NCBI GenBank assembly: GCA_964016885.1
Contig: OZ024754.1
Coordinates: 6,758,001-6,822,000 of the forward strand
DNA from: Eledone cirrhosa
Lineage: Eukaryota
DNA: 64,000 nucleotides
Reading direction: 5' to 3'
The notes under the pieces are model-generated. The model had not been told where the DNA came from and made no database searches. It saw nothing but the letters and a program-made list of their open reading frames with translations. The position numbers were made by a program, and so were the translations under genes. This document shows, piece by piece, positions 1 through 13,490 of this stretch (position 1 is the stretch's first letter; each line of letters begins with the position of its first letter).

Positions 1-256
1 TGTTGATGGTAGTAGTAGTGGGGGTGGGGTGCGTTGGATTGGCAAAACAGATAGAGCATCGGACAATATACTTTGTGCCTAAATGAAAAACCTTTTTTTA
101 TTATTGATATTATTTTCCTTTTTATCACAGATTGCTACAAGTCCGGGTTACATACGAAAATAAAACAGTGTCACTTGAATAAAACACTAGAGAGAAAACC
201 AACACTTGTTTGTGCTTAAAAATCTCTCTAAAAACAAGAGTTGCAAAACTTACACG

Positions 257-395
257 ATGTCTTCGCAAATTACCCAAAAGATAAATATTGATAAGTATGA
301 AAATAATGACACAACAACGTCCTTTGTTGATAACATTCGAAAGAATAATACCATCTCAATCAACGGGACATTTTCATCAGCAGCCTCAAACTCAG
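257..395 (+). CDS. LMNTD1: LMNTD1-like, putative first coding exon (MSSQITQK...AASNS)
   Basis: Acceptor cacag at 130, ATG at 257, phase-1 donor G|gtttt (weak) that matches the phase of exon 7003. No recognisable homology. Confidence 0.45.
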
Positions 396-1549
396 GTTTT
401 CAACAAAAACATTTAAAAAAATTTTTTCGTTTCATATCAGTTTTTGCTATCAGTGACGTTAACTTTTACCATTACTGCCCTCTCCTGGGAGATTTTAAGT
501 TAGTTAAGGCCTCCTTCGGTCAAAGCTGACCATGGATAGTATCTTGTTGTCAGCTCTGCTGGAGCAGCGTCTCCAGTGGCTAAACAGACCTATACGTGAG
601 TGACAGTCTCTGTCAACATCAAACACATCTGGAGCTGGTCTCTGGTCTGTTGGATTTATTGCGCCCCTTTCGCCGGACTCTCCCGTCCACAGCTGCAATC
701 ATCAAACTCTCCTCCACTGATTTGAGGTGTTGATTCTGGGCGATATATTAACAGTAATCGGTAGAGCGTCAGACACCATGCTTTGCGACATAGAGTTACG
801 GCCCTTTGCGTCCTAAGTTTAAATCCCGACGAGGTTAACTTTGCCATTCATCTTTACGGGTTCGATAAATAAAGTACTAGTCACGAACTGGGGTCGAGTT
901 AATTGACTATCCCCTCCACCAAAATTGTTGACCTTGTACCTATAGTAGAAATCACTATTACAACCGTCTCCTGGGCAGTAGATAGGTAGTAACCGGTAGA
1001 GCGACGGACAACATATTTTGTGGCATATATTTATGGTCCTTTACGTTCTGAGCTCAAATCTCGACGGGGTTAGCTTTGCCATTCAACCTTACGAGGTCGA
1101 TAAAATAAAGTACCAGTAATGAACTGAGGTCGAGATAATCTACGACCCTTTCAGGAATAAGTAAATGAAGAACAACAACAAGAACGACAACAACAACAGA
1201 ACTGTTGGTCCATTCTGGATCACAATGTCTATCAAGATAGTTAAACATTGTCCTGAAGTACCTTAACACTTTAGCATTTACATTACTCTATATATACTAT
1301 TGTATTTTACATATCTTACATAATATCGAATCTACGAAATTTTGATATTTATTTTGAGAACAATACCTTAACATCAGTATAAGTGGCGAGTTACGGCTGG
1401 TTTGAACAGAAAGAGGTGAGAGAATTCTGGCCGGATATGGCTGGTTTAAGTGCTAAATGGTTAAAAGACAATGAACGAGACGACAACTCATTACTGAACG
1501 TAGACGGGAACGATACAGGAAACAGAACTAGAACTAACCTGAATATATA

Positions 1550-1628
1550 TTTTAATATAGAAGAGCTTCTACAGGACTAGAACTGTTTCATTCGTGAGAA
1601 ATCATCAGGAAGCTCTTCTATATTAAAA
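1550..1628 (-). ncRNA. Type I hammerhead ribozyme, intact core
   Basis: Minus strand: gaagagcttc CTGATGA tttctcacgaat GAAA cag-ttctagtc-ctg TA gaagctcttc; stem I ~20 bp perfect; GUA cleavage site. Confidence 0.85.
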
Positions 1629-2649
1629 CTGTTATACTCTGCTAAGTATTGAGTACCTTACTTACTGTGGTTACCTCCAATTCAACCCGGAATAACTTAT
1701 CTATCTATATATATATATATATATATACGAGTATATATATATATATAAAGGAACGATCGACTTTAGTCAAATCGGACCGAGGAAACAATGTTTCCATCGG
1801 TCTTTCAAATTGCTAATACTATCTATCGGTCGCAACTCCAGGTAGAAGAAGCAACGTGAAATAAAATGTCTTGCTCAAGGACATAACGCATCACCCGGTC
1901 CGAGAATCGAACTTATAGCCTCACGATTGTGAACCCAATTCTCTAACCACTCAGACACACACCTTCATACACAGACACATACATATATATATATATTACA
2001 CATATCTGATAGGGTGCGGTAAAAACCAGGTAGACCAAAACTCACTAGAGTACTCGATATTAGGGGTCGTAGAGTGGGTAATATGAAAAGATTCAGGAAC
2101 CCGGCGGCACTCGAAACGGCCGGAGCTCAGCTGTCGGGATACAGAATCTTTTCATATATAATACACACATATATAAGTGACTTTGTAGCTCACGTGGGGC
2201 CTTTACAGGACCTTTCTGCAACCACCACCTACTCCAAGAACTATAGCAATCATCACCTAATCTCGTTGAAACTATTTCTTCAAAGCTGCACCGAGTTCTA
2301 ACAACATCAGCCCCGCCATAAACAGATGAGATGGATACCAGCATATAATTCTTCTTTTACGCTAAACCCCACCAGTTGCAGACTACACATCAACATGAAA
2401 TATTTTTCTCCACAAAGTTCGATCACCAGAAGCAGAGTTTAACCCTTTAGCATTCACATTATTCTATATATACTTAAATTAAATTTTCATGGTAAAGGCT
2501 TTACCTCACATAATTATCTCACATAATATCGAATCAATGAGATCTTGAAAGTATTTATTTTGAGAACAATACCTTAACATCAGTTTGAGCGACCAGTTAC
2601 AGCCAGTTTCAACAGAAAAAGGGTAGAGAATTCTGGCCGGTTTGAACAT

Positions 2650-2835
2650 TAAAGGATTAAAGACCAAAGATTAAATTCAGTCCATAAGTTAACATTATCA
2701 AACCATCTTTTTGGCTGCCGGCCTCTGCTTCTCTTACCAGCCAACCTTCCTGCCAGGCATAACCTACTCACACCATGAGTTGATCTTTTTATATGACCGT
2801 ATAGTTTGAGTACTCTTGACTTGACAATTGATGTA
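2650..2835 (-). mobile_element. RTE-like LINE 3' fragment
   Basis: Peptide LKLYGHIKR...GKRSRGRQPKRWFDNV. Confidence 0.7.
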
Positions 2836-3246
2836 ATTAATTGTGTATATGTAAATGTGTATGCATACATACATATATACATAAAATGGCATACAATTAA
2901 ATATACAAAATTGCGACAGTTAAACCGAACAAAATATAACAAAGAACATTAAGATAAGTTAGACATACAGAGGAAAATACAATGAATACAAAAATGGAGG
3001 TGATACGGAAGAAAATTATTTAGATACCTTTTCGACAGAAAGAAAAAAAAAATGGCGTTGGTGGGAAAAGTAATTCCCTATATCCTAACGGTCCAAAGAT
3101 GGCACGGTGAGGGTAAGATCACGTGACAGGAAGGAAGTAAAGTCACGTGTTAAAGGAAGTGTATAAAGCCAGGAGAATGTCGTAGTAACTGTCGCAAACA
3201 ATTCAATTATGTAAGGGAACAATAGCAAAATCTCAGTATTGTATAT

Positions 3247-4380
3247 CGGGGGGGGGGGGTGCAACATATTCCTTTGGCAGGCCACTTTTGAACATTGGAA
3301 CAACTATTAGTGCCATTAATATTTTATTAAGCACAACTTCTTTCCATAACATGGAACTGGGAAATTATAACAGACATAACTCTATCAATGAAGCCCTTTA
3401 GTATAGGTCAAAACCTCAACTTCTTTCCATAATATGGAACTGGGAAATTATTACACACATAACCCTATCAGTGAAGCCCTTTAGTATAGGTCAAAACCTC
3501 AACTTCTTTCCATAATAGGGAACTGGGAAATTATAACACACATAACCCTATCAGTTAAGCCCTTTAGTATAGGTCAAAACCTCAACTTCTTTCCATAATA
3601 GGGAACTGGGAAATTATAACACATATAACCTTATCAGTTAAGCCCTTTAGTATAGGTCAAAACCTCAACTTCTTTCCATAATAGGGAACTGGGAAATTAT
3701 AACACATATAACCCTATCAGTTAAGCCCTTTAGTATAGGTCAAAACCTCAACTTCTTTCCATAATAGGGAACTGGGAAATTATAACACATATAACCCTAT
3801 CAGTGAAGCCCTTTAGTATAGGTCAAAACCTCAACTTCTTTCCATAATAGGGAACTGGGAAATTATAACACATATAACCCTATCAGTGAAGCCCTTTAGT
3901 ATAGGTCAAAACCTCAACTTCTTTCCATAATAGGGAACTGGGAAATTATAACATATAACCCTATCAATTAAGCCCTTTAGTATAGGTCAAAACCTCAACT
4001 TCTTTCCATAATAGGGAACTGGGAAATTATAACATATAACCCTATCAATTAAGCCCTTTAGTATAGGTCAAAACCTCAACTTCTTTCCAAAATAGGGAAC
4101 TGGGAAATTATAACACATATAACCCTATCATTGAAGCCCTTTAGTATAGGTCAAAACCTCAACTTCTTTCCAAAATAGGGAACTGGGAAATTATAACACA
4201 TATAACCCTATCAGTGAAGCCCTTTAGTATAGGTCAACTAACAGAAAATTGTATTACGGCTACGAAAAAAATTTTAAATAAACCTACGAGGTAAAAATTA
4301 AAAAGGGTCATCACAGACCACTCTGACTGGTCTGGCAGGTCGGATTGAGGCCCGCGAGCCGCCTGTTGCACGCCCATGCT
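3247..4380. mobile_element. hAT/Charlie-like MITE containing an 83-bp tandem array
   Basis: 5' ggggtgcaac...ggccac and 3' ggcccgcgagccgcctgttgcacgcccatg resemble hAT MITE ends. Confidence 0.5.
3335..4236. repeat. Minisatellite, 83-bp unit, ~11 copies
   Basis: caacttctttccataatagggaactgggaaatt... recurs every ~83 bp. Confidence 0.95.
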
Positions 4381-5149
4381 GTATATTGTATGGTACTTGA
4401 CAAGCACTTATCTCTATTTAGGGATCTTTATTTTATTTATTTATTGTTTTATTTCTTTTCTTTTCCTTCTTTTTCTTTCTTCTTTCGGTGATCCCACGAA
4501 AGAGCTTAATCTGTAGTGAGTGAGCAGAAATATAAGGGGATGGACTGACTCAGCCTAATTAGGGGTTTTTTATCCAGAGTACGTTTTCTTTTTGACCGTG
4601 GTTAAAGGAAAAAGATACTTATGAGTGTTTTGGATCAGTTTCAATAGGAGAATCAGGTGAACAGAGATCTGGGTGGCTCTAAACTGGTTTTTTCTGGTGA
4701 GTTATCACCCGTGCATGGGGCGGTTTCCCTACCTCTTCATCATCATCTTATTCTACACCCACTTATTCCTGAAAGGGTTGTGAGGGCAGAGTCCTCAAAC
4801 ACTCCTTCCAGTGGGTCCTGTCAGAAACAACCGTCTCCAACTGATCCGGCTGGGTCCTCAAGCGAGACCAGCCAAGCTCATGAATGTTATCCAACCACAT
4901 CTTGCTCAGGGTCTACTCCTGGGTCTCCCTGTCGAGTGGTTTTGCTCGTAAAATCTGTCCAGCGATTCTTTCCTCAGACATTGTAACCACATGTCTATAG
5001 TATCGGGATATATGATGAAATTATTTATTGGTCTTATCAAACGTCTTAATATACCCCCCTCTTTAAAAACATTCATAACAGGTTTCTTATGCATTTTCGT
5101 GTGTCTAGGGGAGGGAACATGACAATAATGAACTGACCCGTATAAAACT

Positions 5150-5540
5150 GGCAATAGATGTAGGCCAGATGTAAAATGTAGCTTCTACCTCACAAAATCT
5201 GACGATAGACCCAGGTCAGATGTAAAATGTAGCTCCTACCCCAACAAAATCTGATGATAGACCCAGGCCAGATGTAAAATGTACCCCTACCCCCACAAAA
5301 TCTGGTGATAGGCCCAGGCCAGATGTAAAATGTAGCTTCAACCCCCACAAAATCTGTCGATAGACCCATGCCAAATGTAATGTAGCCCCCATCCCAACAA
5401 AGGCTGGCAATAGGGCCAGGCCAGATGTGTATTGTATCCCCAACTCTACCCCCCACAAAATCTGGCAATAGGCCCTAAAGGTGTACAATGTAACCCCGAT
5501 CCACGCAAAAGCTGGCAATTGGCCCAATCCAGATGTAAAA
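5150..5540. repeat. Degenerate ~58-bp minisatellite (related array at ~49090-49390)
   Basis: Recurrent caggccagatgtaaaatgtagc. Confidence 0.8.
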
Positions 5541-6017
5541 GCAATTTTGTCTTTCATCCGTCCGGGATTAATAAAATAATGTACCAGTCAAATACTGGGG
5601 TTGATTTAATCAATTTTGCCCTTCCCTTCAAATTTGCTGGCCCTGGGCTAAATTAGAAAACAAACACTCCATGTGTCGACCGCCAGAAGAATGAAGGGCA
5701 AAATAATCCTTAGAGAACATAAAAGCCTATAAGTAAATATCTCAAAGTATTTTGTCTGGTACTCTACCGATTCTGCTCTTTTTTGTACCTATTATGGTTA
5801 GGGCGGTGGATTGGTAGTATCGGTAGAGGATCTGACGCTATGCTTTGCAGCAAAGAATTACGTCCCTTTATGGTGTGAGTTCAAATCCCACCGAGGTTAA
5901 CTTTGCCTTTCATCCTTACGGGGTCGATAAAATAAAGTACCAGTAATACACTGGGATAATTATGGTTTACATATTTTAGAAACAGACGTACTATTCGATT
6001 TTCACTTCAGCTTGATT

Positions 6018-6927
6018 AGTTACTAGCAGTGGTACCCGGCGTTGCACAGGATAAGGTATTTTGGACCGCGGGAAGCCAACAGACCTAATCGTGGAAAAAC
6101 TGCATGCGTGGACAATATGTAAAGAAAATAAACCGAATACTCTGATGGCTGGATAATCTTTAAGATTTTCCTCGATGAAGCAGGAAAAGTGCAGGTTTTC
6201 ACCTAATGCGGGCCCTAGGGGATCAAGAAAATGAATTTTTTCATGTGCATAATATGCCTTGAAATTGCGGGAAAATCGGCTAGAAAATCGCCTCGAAATA
6301 GCCCTAAAAAGCTGAAAAATGAAGTGTTTCACCTAATGCAGGCCCTAGCCCATAAAAAAAAGTCGGATTTTCTTTGCTCACGGTATGAAGAAGGGACTGA
6401 CTAATACATAGTTACAATTTCAAGGAAATCAGTCTGATGTAACGCCTAAAAACCTGAAAAAACGCAGTTTTTCAACTAGGAGATGAAAAAGTTGAATTTT
6501 TTTTATGTGCATAACACTCCCTGAAACATAAGTAATACACATGTAAAGTTTGAAAAAAGTCGGTTGGGTACTTCTCGAGATTTGGGGATTCAAACTCACA
6601 GACACACACACACACAGACAGACATCCTCAGGAAGTGACGTAATGCAGACAGCAGACATACAGACAGATATTATAAGGGCGCGACGTTATATGTATGTAT
6701 ATATCTAAAAAGAGAAAGACTAAGAATTATAGAGAGAGATCGCTAAATCGCCTAATGCGGTCCTTAGGGCATTGATAATTTGAAATTGTTTTGGCTCAGA
6801 ACACTCCCTGAAACATAAGTATTACATGTCTAAAGTTTGAAAACAGTCGGTTGGGTGGTTCTCGAGTTTTAGGGATTCAACTCACACACACACAGACAGA
6901 CATCCTCAGTTTTATATATAGAGATTA
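6018..6927 (+). mobile_element. Helentron/HINE (DINE-1-like) non-autonomous element with internal duplication
   Basis: 5' tactagcagtggtacccggcgttgc; 3' (acag)n...ttttatatatagagatt; 6515-6630 is duplicated at 6800-6908. Confidence 0.6.
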
Positions 6928-7002
6928 GATAGTTGGTCAAAGCTCTTTCGTCGCACCTTCTGTGACTTCCCCAATGATATTTCTTCTTTTTCTCTGTAAT
7001 AG

Positions 7003-7192
7003 GTTTACCTCTTTCGGACAAAACCTCGGCTTCAGATATTATAGACACAAGTGGGCTACAGATTCAGTGCAGCGAATCTCCTCATACAAAACATTCAGAC
7101 GCAAATATTGCAGACGCAAATATTGCATCTTTAGATAGCGGCACACCATCACAGAAGTGCAATGCACCAGATTATGTCATCACATATTCAAG
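7003..7192 (+). CDS. LMNTD1: LMNTD1-like exon (GLPLSDK...VITYS)
   Basis: Polypyrimidine tract plus tag acceptor, open frame, AG|gtaac donor; phase matches exon 8310. Confidence 0.65.
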
Positions 7193-8309
7193 GTAACTTC
7201 ACTTTAAATCTTTCTAATGTTATAGTGTGGCTCCACTTGCTAGAAATAGCAGCTAAATATCCATTAAATTACACCTAGCCGAAAATTAAAAACAAAATTT
7301 GTTTTTGCTCTAACATGGTGGATACCTAAATGTATTCGTGAGTAAATAATAATAATTGTTTCTACTTTTTGGCACAAGGCCAGTAATTACCCAGTGCATT
7401 ACTGGTACTTTATTTTATCGACCCCGTAAGGATGAAAGGCAAAGTTTACCTCGGTGGGATTTGAACTCAGACGATAAAGGACTGTAACTCTATGCTGCAA
7501 AGCATGGTGTCCAACTCTCTACCGATACTGCCAATCCAATAATAATAATAATAATATAATAATATTAATATGATAAACTGTATAAATATGTTTTCTTTAT
7601 TAACCACAAGGGTTTACATAAAGTAGACATTAAGGACAGTACAGGACAATACAGGACGGTACAAATGGGCATTTCTGCGTGTAAAAAAACAGAGGATGTA
7701 ATAAAACAACAAAGAAAAATTCCCCAATAGGGGGGAGACTTCCGAGGGACATTTGTGGAGAAAGCCCATTAAAAGACCACAGTGACCCTGTATAAATATG
7801 ATATTATTTACAGTAACAAGAATGGTTTCTTATAGAGGCACAAGGCCAGCAATTTTGGGGGCGGGAAAAGACGATTAAATCGACTCCAGTGCGTGACTGG
7901 TACTTTATTTTATCGACCCCGTAAGGATGAAAGGCAAAGTTAACCTTTTAGTATAGGCACAAGGCCAGCAATTTTTTTTTTGGGGGGGGGGTTCGATTAA
8001 ATCGACCCCAGTGCGTGACTGGTACTTTATTTTATCGACCCCGTAAGGATGAAGGCAAAGTTAACCTCAGCGGGATTTGAACTGAGACCGTAAAGAGTCA
8101 TAACTCTATGCGTCAAAGCATGGTGTCCGAATCTTTACCTATACTGCCAATCCACCGCCCCATTGTTAGACTTTGGGAGAGTCGTGCTGCCAATAAAAAC
8201 ATACGCACTAATATTACTATTACTACCCGCTCCCCTACTATTAATACTACTACTACTATTACTACTACTACTAGTAATGACCAAACGCTGTTCCTTCTTT
8301 ATATTACAG

Positions 8310-8388
8310 TAGTACCCTGTCACATTTCAATATCTTGGAAATTGATCCCAATGGAAAGTTTATACGATTATATAATTCCCAAATGAAG
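8310..8388 (+). CDS. LMNTD1: LMNTD1-like exon, start of lamin tail domain (STLSHFNILEIDPNGKFIRLYNSQMK)
   Basis: EIDxxGKFIRLxN lamin-tail motif; ttacag acceptor and AAG|gtaat donor. Confidence 0.88.
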
Positions 8389-9862
8389 GTAATATTTCTT
8401 TCTTATATTTTTGTATATATATTGTATACGTTATATATACATATATATGTTATATATATGTTATTTATATATGTTACGAGACCACCCGTGACCCGCTGGG
8501 TCATGTTCACTACAAAATATTTTTTATAAATCATGTTCACTTAAAAATAGTTTTTGAATAATTAAAATATACACAGATATGTACATAATTGGTTCTACTT
8601 TTTGCACAAGGCCAGCAATTACCCCAGTGCATTACTAGTACTTTATTTTTCGACCCCGCAAGGATGAAAGGCAAAGTTAACCTTGGTGGGATTTGAACTC
8701 AGAATGGCAAGGACCGTAACTCTATGCGTCAAAGCATGGCGTCCGAACCTTTAATAATAATAATAATTGTTTCAACTTTAGGCACAAGGCCAGCAATTAC
8801 CCAGTGCATTACTGGTACTTTATTTTATCGACCCCGTAAGGAGGAAAGGCAAAGTCAACCTCGGCGGGATTTGAACTCAGATCGTAAAGGGACGTAACTA
8901 TGCTGGAAAGCATGGCGCCCGACCCTCTACCGATACTGCCAATCCACCGCCATATATATATATAAAGGATAATAAGTTATCGTTATAGGTAATCAAGTTA
9001 GAGATTGTGAATACTCCGTATTGTGGGTAGTTTTAGCGTACGGCGTTGTTTGACTCAACAGGTTTCCTTATGTGGCGAGTTTATGAGTTCTCGGGAATTC
9101 CTATGTAAGTTTATCTTTGAGTAATAATAGTGAAAGAGTGAAGAATAACCTGGAAGAATAACAGTACAAGAAGGGTTTTATTACAGTCTTAACAATTGTT
9201 TCATTGATTAAGTTGTCTTAAAATTGTTAGTCACTCAATTTTAAATACGATGCATGTTTAACCAAATCATCTTCAAATGATTAGCAATTTTAAGACAACT
9301 TAATCAATGAAACAATTGTTAATACTGTAAATAAAACCCTTCTTGTACTGTTGACCAGGTTATTCTTCAATCTTTCACTATACATATATATATATATATA
9401 GTAATAATAATAAATTTGAAGACTAAAATTCAAAGAGGGCTCGATAAGGATCGTCTTCCTGTCTTCCTCCGGTTGCAACGTTTTTTTGAAATATCCACGT
9501 CTGCGTTTACAGATTGACTTTGTTAGTTTCAGAAGATCCCGTTAAGGGTGAAAGCAGCGATTCTTTGCTTAAACTTTAATCTGTTATTTTAATAAATATA
9601 TATATATATATATATTTGTTTTGCGAGGTTTTTTATATGAAATCGTGTGTTGAAACAAATATTGTTATACTTGGGGAGGGTCATATTGTTGTAATAATAT
9701 TGCCAGAAATAATAACAGAACACACTCACTGTTTGGTTGGTTATCGCTTCTGTATCTTTTATATCTCCACAGTTAATTCATTTGGTCCTCAATGTTTATC
9801 ATTGACTGACCAACGGTCAAAAATACAAATATAATATACATATAAACACATATATATATAGT

Positions 9863-9908
9863 CTAACAAAGTTCTTTCGTTGCACATCTGCAACATCATC
9901 AGTGGTAC
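9863..9908 (-). ncRNA. Minimal type I hammerhead motif
   Basis: Minus strand: acca CTGATGA t gttgca-gatg-tgcaac GAAA gaac TT tgtt; weak stem I; a degenerate relative lies near 6935-6985. Confidence 0.55.
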
Positions 9909-9972
9909 TATTATGTTCCTCCTGTTGTATTGTTAGTCTACGCTATTTTTATACAACGGGAGGAACATAATA

Positions 9973-10240
9973 GTCAGCTCAAAAGTGACACAGAGGAGAC
10001 TGAGGTTAGCTGGACATGCTCACCGACATCCAGAGTTGACATTGCACTCAGTGCTCCTTTGGGAGCCCCTACATGGACACACTAGAAGAGGAAGACCAAG
10101 GTTAACGTATGTTGATGCCCTAAGGACAGACACTGGTCTGTTGGAGACGCAGGACATGGCAGCGATAATGAGGGACAGAGACCGCTGGAGAGAACTCGTC
10201 CATGGATCTCGGGAATTTTACCCGCCTTAGATTAGATAGA
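9973..10240 (+). mobile_element. 5'-truncated copy of the same LINE as 13746-14309
   Basis: Near-identical to 14052-14309; ends in a tagat-repeat tail. Confidence 0.88.
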
Positions 10241-10509
10241 TATCTATATTATTTTTGACCGTTGGTCAGTCAATGGTAAACATTGAGGACCAAATGAATT
10301 AACTGTGGAGATATAAAAGATACAGAAGCGAAAACCAACCAAACAGTGAGTGAGTTCAAATCCCGCCGAGGTTAACTTTGCCTCTCATCCTTACGGGGTC
10401 GATAAAATAAAGTACCAGTAATATACTGGGTATTTGCTGGCCTTGTGCCAAAAGTAGAAACAATTATTTCTGCCAATATTATTACAACAATATGACCCTC
10501 CCCAAGTAT

Positions 10510-10559
<50 letters not shown>

Positions 10560-10830
10560 AAGAATGAAACGAAATTTCATTTCTCACTCTTAGTACGGCT
10601 GATACTTAAATGTAAGTATGTATGTATACGTGCATACATATATGTATACGCACGTACAGTAGTATGTATATATATACATACATGCACATATATATATATA
10701 TATGTACGTATGGGTTTACCGAACATTTATTATAATGTTCGGTTTGTTTGTAAACAAACAAACAACCCGAATTAAACCGTACAGTGTTCAGGCAACCATC
10801 GTCGCCTTTTTGTTCAATACTGACACAGGA

Positions 10831-10874
10831 ACGATGTACTAGTTTCAAGCTTATTTAGCTATCGTCAGTATCGT
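10831..10874 (-). ncRNA. Minimal type I hammerhead with palindromic stem III
   Basis: Minus strand: acgata CTGACGA tagct-aaata-agctt GAAA ctag TA catcgt. Confidence 0.75.
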
Positions 10875-11111
10875 ATACCTTCCTGCCAGATGATTGAACG
10901 TCTGAAAGTATATCCTTTCCTTATGCATATTAACGGCTGAGCAGCCTAATTTGCATATCGAGTGAGTTAGTCGGCCGGGCGCACGGAAAACGATAAATGG
11001 AAAAGAATGAAACGAAATTTCATTTCTCACTCTTAGTACAGCTGATACATACTACTGTACGTCCGTATACATATATGTATGCACGTATACACACATACTT
11101 ATATATATATA

Positions 11112-11327
11112 TGAAGACGTGTGGCTGAGTGGTTAGAGAATTGGATTCGCAATCGTAAGGCTGTGAGTTCGATTCCTGGACCAGGCGATGCGTTATGTCC
11201 TTGAGCAAGACACTTTATTTCACGCTGCTCCTTCTACCTGGAGTTGCGACCGATAGATAGTATTAGCAATTGGAAAGACCAACGGAAACATTGTTCCTTC
11301 GGTCCGATTTGACGAAAGTCGATCGTT

Positions 11328-11330
<3 letters not shown>
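11112..11330 (+). mobile_element. Second tRNA-derived SINE family with (TA)n tail (copies 1748-1966 -, 38403-38622 -, 43218-43432 +, 43457-43628 -, 50435-50630 +, 57750-57963 -)
   Basis: A box TGGCTGAGTGG, B box GTTCGATTCC, shared central box, distinct tail. Confidence 0.85.
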
Positions 11331-11367
<37 letters not shown>

Positions 11368-11407
11368 TTCTTTTGTTTCTTTTCTACTAATTCCTCACTT
11401 TATCCAG

Positions 11408-11641
11408 GAAATGGACATTGGCAACTACATACTTCAACAGAACTGCAACGGCCAGCCTATTGTGGTCTTCAGATTTCCTCCACATGCAAAATTTCCAAGT
11501 AATTCTGTATTGACTGTATGGGCAACCTCTATAAAATCGGACATGATCTGTGTCTCAACCTTGTATTACCTCTTTAATAACCAACCCCACTGGGCTACTG
11601 GCTCAGATGTGATCACAATATTATGTATTCCTAATGGTAAG
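11408..11641 (+). CDS. LMNTD1: LMNTD1-like exon, lamin tail core (EMDIGNYILQQNCNGQ...TILCIPNGK)
   Basis: Strong resemblance to vertebrate LMNTD1/IFLTD1 as recalled (EMAIGDHILQQNVNGQ...TVTVWA...TILCKPNGQ); canonical splice sites; 234 nt. Confidence 0.9.
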
Positions 11642-12163
11642 GTAAGTTGTTTTTATACTCTACCCAAGTCTTTTGGTAATAACTGGTTCTATATTTGGCA
11701 CAAGGGCAGCAGCAATTATCCCAGTGCATTACTGGTACTTCATTTTATCGACCCCGTAAGGATGAAAGGCAAAGCTAACCTCGGCAGGATTTGAACTCAG
11801 ACCGTAAAGGGCCGCAACTCCATTCTGCAAAGCATGGCGTTCGACCCTCCACTGATACTGCCAATCCACTAATAACTGTTTCTACTTTTGGCTCAAGGCC
11901 AGCAATTATCCCAGTGCATTACTGGTACTTCATTTTATCGACCCCGTAAGGATGAAAGGCAAAGTTAACCTCGGAGGGATTTGAACTCAGACCGTAGAGG
12001 GCCGTAACTCCATTCTGCAAAGCATGGCGTCCGACCCTCTACCGACACTGCCAATCCAGCACTGGTAATAATGCAGTTTGCTGTGTACGCCATAGGTGGA
12101 TTGGTGATTGTTGTTGTTACTGTTGGCGGTGATAACGACGATGGTGGTAGTGGTGGAGGGGAA

Positions 12164-12199
<36 letters not shown>

Positions 12200-12321
12200 A
12201 ATGGTGATGATGATGATGATGATGATTGCCAATTCTGGTCGGATTGTAGGAATTAGAGTAAGTTATCTGGGGACGAAGAACGCCGGATGTCTCCACTGCT
12301 ACAGGTTCAAATTTCTAACAT

Positions 12322-12410
12322 GTCCCTATAAACACACACACACACACACACACATACACACACATACACACACACACATACATACACACACACACATACA
12401 TACACACATA

Positions 12411-12477
<67 letters not shown>

Positions 12478-12960
12478 GTGTGTGTATGTGTGTGTGTGTG
12501 TATGTGAGAAAGTTAGATAAGGGTGGTGGGAGAAAGTGCGGGAGAGATTATGCAGAATAGAATGGGGATTTCATAACTAGAGAAAGAAAGAAAGAGAAAA
12601 AGAGAAAGAGGGGAGATGGAGAAAGAAAGACAAAGAAAGAAAGGGAGGAGAGAGAAAGAAAGAAAAAGAGAGGAGAGAGAGAGAGAGAGAAAGAAAGAAA
12701 CAGAGAGGAGAGGGGAAGAAAGCGAGAGAAAGAAAAGAGAGGAGATAGGGAGAGGGAGAGAGATAGAAAGAAAGAAAGAAAGAAAGAAAGAGGAGAAAGA
12801 GAGTGAGAGAGAGGGGGGAGAGAGAATGGCGAAAGAATGACTAAAAGGCGAAGAACAGCTTAACCTCAGAAATATTACGTACGTTCTAATGCGAAATAGA
12901 TTACAAGAGAGATAGAGGTAAACGCAGAGAGAAAGAGAGAGAGAGAGACGCAGGGAAAGA
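12322..12960. repeat. (CA)n followed by a purine-rich low-complexity tract
   Basis: Direct inspection. Confidence 0.9.
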
Positions 12961-13451
12961 CATTCAGTTATATATATCAAGAATTAGTACAATATTGCTC
13001 TCTAATTTCCTAACGACGTACATTTCAAATTATTCCAATGACTAATTCTACATCTATCTGGGACACACTTTCCATCTTCTTGAAAACCTCTTGTGTTGGG
13101 GCCTTAAATTCCGAAAACTTTTTCCCAATTCCTTCTCATAAATCGTGAATCACAGTCAATTTTTACAGTGCAGGCTCATTAAAGTGTATATATATATATA
13201 TATATATATAAATCGTTATCGTTATCAGGTATTTTGTTTTAATTTTTTATTAAATTTAATAAGATACTCAACGAATTATGTAATCTTACATTCAGTGCAT
13301 ATTGTCTCTAGTTTAAGTTTTGATATATCTTAATACATACTTATGTGTGTATGGGTATATTTCATTCATTTATGATTATATATATATATTCTAAAAACAT
13401 TTTTTCCAATTCCACCCCGCCCGTCCCTTCAATCTTTCTAATTTCTCATTC

Positions 13452-13490
13452 TTTCTTCTGATGAAGGACTAGCGCCCGAAAGGTTAAGTC
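13452..13490 (+). ncRNA. Minimal hammerhead motif, mutated stems II/III
   Basis: ctt CTGATGA aggactagcgccc GAAA ggt TA ag; same family as 29209-29247. Confidence 0.5.

Noticed and set aside
9525-9570. HHR-like CAGAAGA-tcccgttaagggt-GAAA motif (also at ~21945)
   Set aside because: The core is non-canonical in both copies and stems I and III are unconvincing; at best a relic.
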